This document shows positions 60,822 through 60,969 of a stretch of DNA of 60,969 nt, one piece after another. Each line of letters starts with the position of its first letter. The first letter of the stretch is position 1. Both the position numbers and the translations under genes were made by a program. This DNA comes from Solirubrobacterales bacterium (GTDB lineage Bacteria > Actinomycetota > Thermoleophilia > Solirubrobacterales > 70-9), in the NCBI GenBank assembly GCA_035266685.1, contig DATFMX010000018.1, positions 1 through 60,969 on the forward strand, in the 5' to 3' direction. The notes below the pieces were generated by a model, which saw nothing but the letters and a program-made list of their open reading frames with translations, ran no database searches and was not told the origin of the DNA.

Positions 60822-60969
60822 GTGGATCAGCGTCGGCCGCGGCGGCCCGAGAGCAGAGCACGACGGGCGAGGCGGCGCGGCAGGCTGCGGCTGCTGGCGG
60901 CGCTCGCGGGCGCCGCGGTCCTGGTCGTCGCCGTGTTCGCGCTGGCGCGCTCCGGGTCGCATGGATCCG
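60822..60969 (+). CDS. Possible 5' end of a membrane-anchored protein (runs off the window)
   Basis: From GTG 60822 the frame reads VDQRRPRRPESRARRARRRGRLRLLAALAGAAVLVVAVFALARSG..., a basic stretch followed by one TM helix. It is very short and unverified. Confidence 0.25.
   Translation, partial: MDQRRPRRPESRARRARRRGRLRLLAALAGAAVLVVAVFALARSGSHGS

Overview
This is a high-GC (about 70%) chromosomal window of actinobacterial type. The gene content, and the many signal-peptide proteins ending in extremely Arg/Lys/His-rich tails, suggest a Thermoleophilia/Solirubrobacterales-like organism; that taxon is inference only. All family calls come from motifs I could read in the translations. No database search was run, and coordinates of non-ORF elements may be off by 1-2 nt.

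Layout:
1. 1-5.1 kb: a decayed accessory patch. It holds three different type II toxin-antitoxin pairs (RelE/ParE-like with an HTH antitoxin, MazF with an RHH antitoxin, VapBC), a frameshifted and truncated tyrosine-integrase remnant, a fatty-acid-desaturase remnant, and two 74-bp direct repeats.
2. 5.1-11.7 kb: an envelope/biofilm patch. It holds a Lys/Glu-rich polytopic membrane protein, an orphan PgaC/NodC-type processive GT2 synthase, a PAS-LuxR regulator, a DUF3494 ice-binding-like secreted protein and a broken L,D-transpeptidase. A conserved leader with tandem TCYGGGGGAT boxes precedes two of these genes.
3. 11.8-20.2 kb: a GH64-like secreted protein, then a copper locus (LTD/Ig protein, YcnI-like protein, CopC-CopD fusion, an 893-aa multicopper oxidase).
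4. 20.3-24.9 kb: ilvD, a crotonase, an Sfp-type PPTase, a glyoxalase and a 2OG-oxygenase-like gene.
5. 25.0-33.0 kb: a translationally coupled operon of a PD40 propeller protein, an 867-aa secreted protein and an MMPL transporter.
6. 33.1-44.9 kb: an orphan carrier-protein-dependent cluster. It has two free-standing ACPs, two adenylating enzymes (one FAAL-type), a thioester reductase, a Rieske alpha/beta oxygenase, an HpaB-type monooxygenase, an ACAD, an alpha/beta hydrolase and a P450, but no KS/AT/C/TE domain. This is my best candidate for an undescribed system.
7. 44.9-61.0 kb: secreted beta-propellers, a DksA-like protein, a cNMP-TrxR-like protein with an apparent internal deletion, FGE-like and arylsulfotransferase-like proteins, an NlpC/P60 peptidase, a DEAD-box helicase, an SGNH hydrolase and an ECF sigma factor that appears to lack sigma-4.2.

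A 45-nt extended palindrome recurs three times with compensatory stem changes. I recognised no rRNA, tRNA, CRISPR array, transposase or intact integrase.
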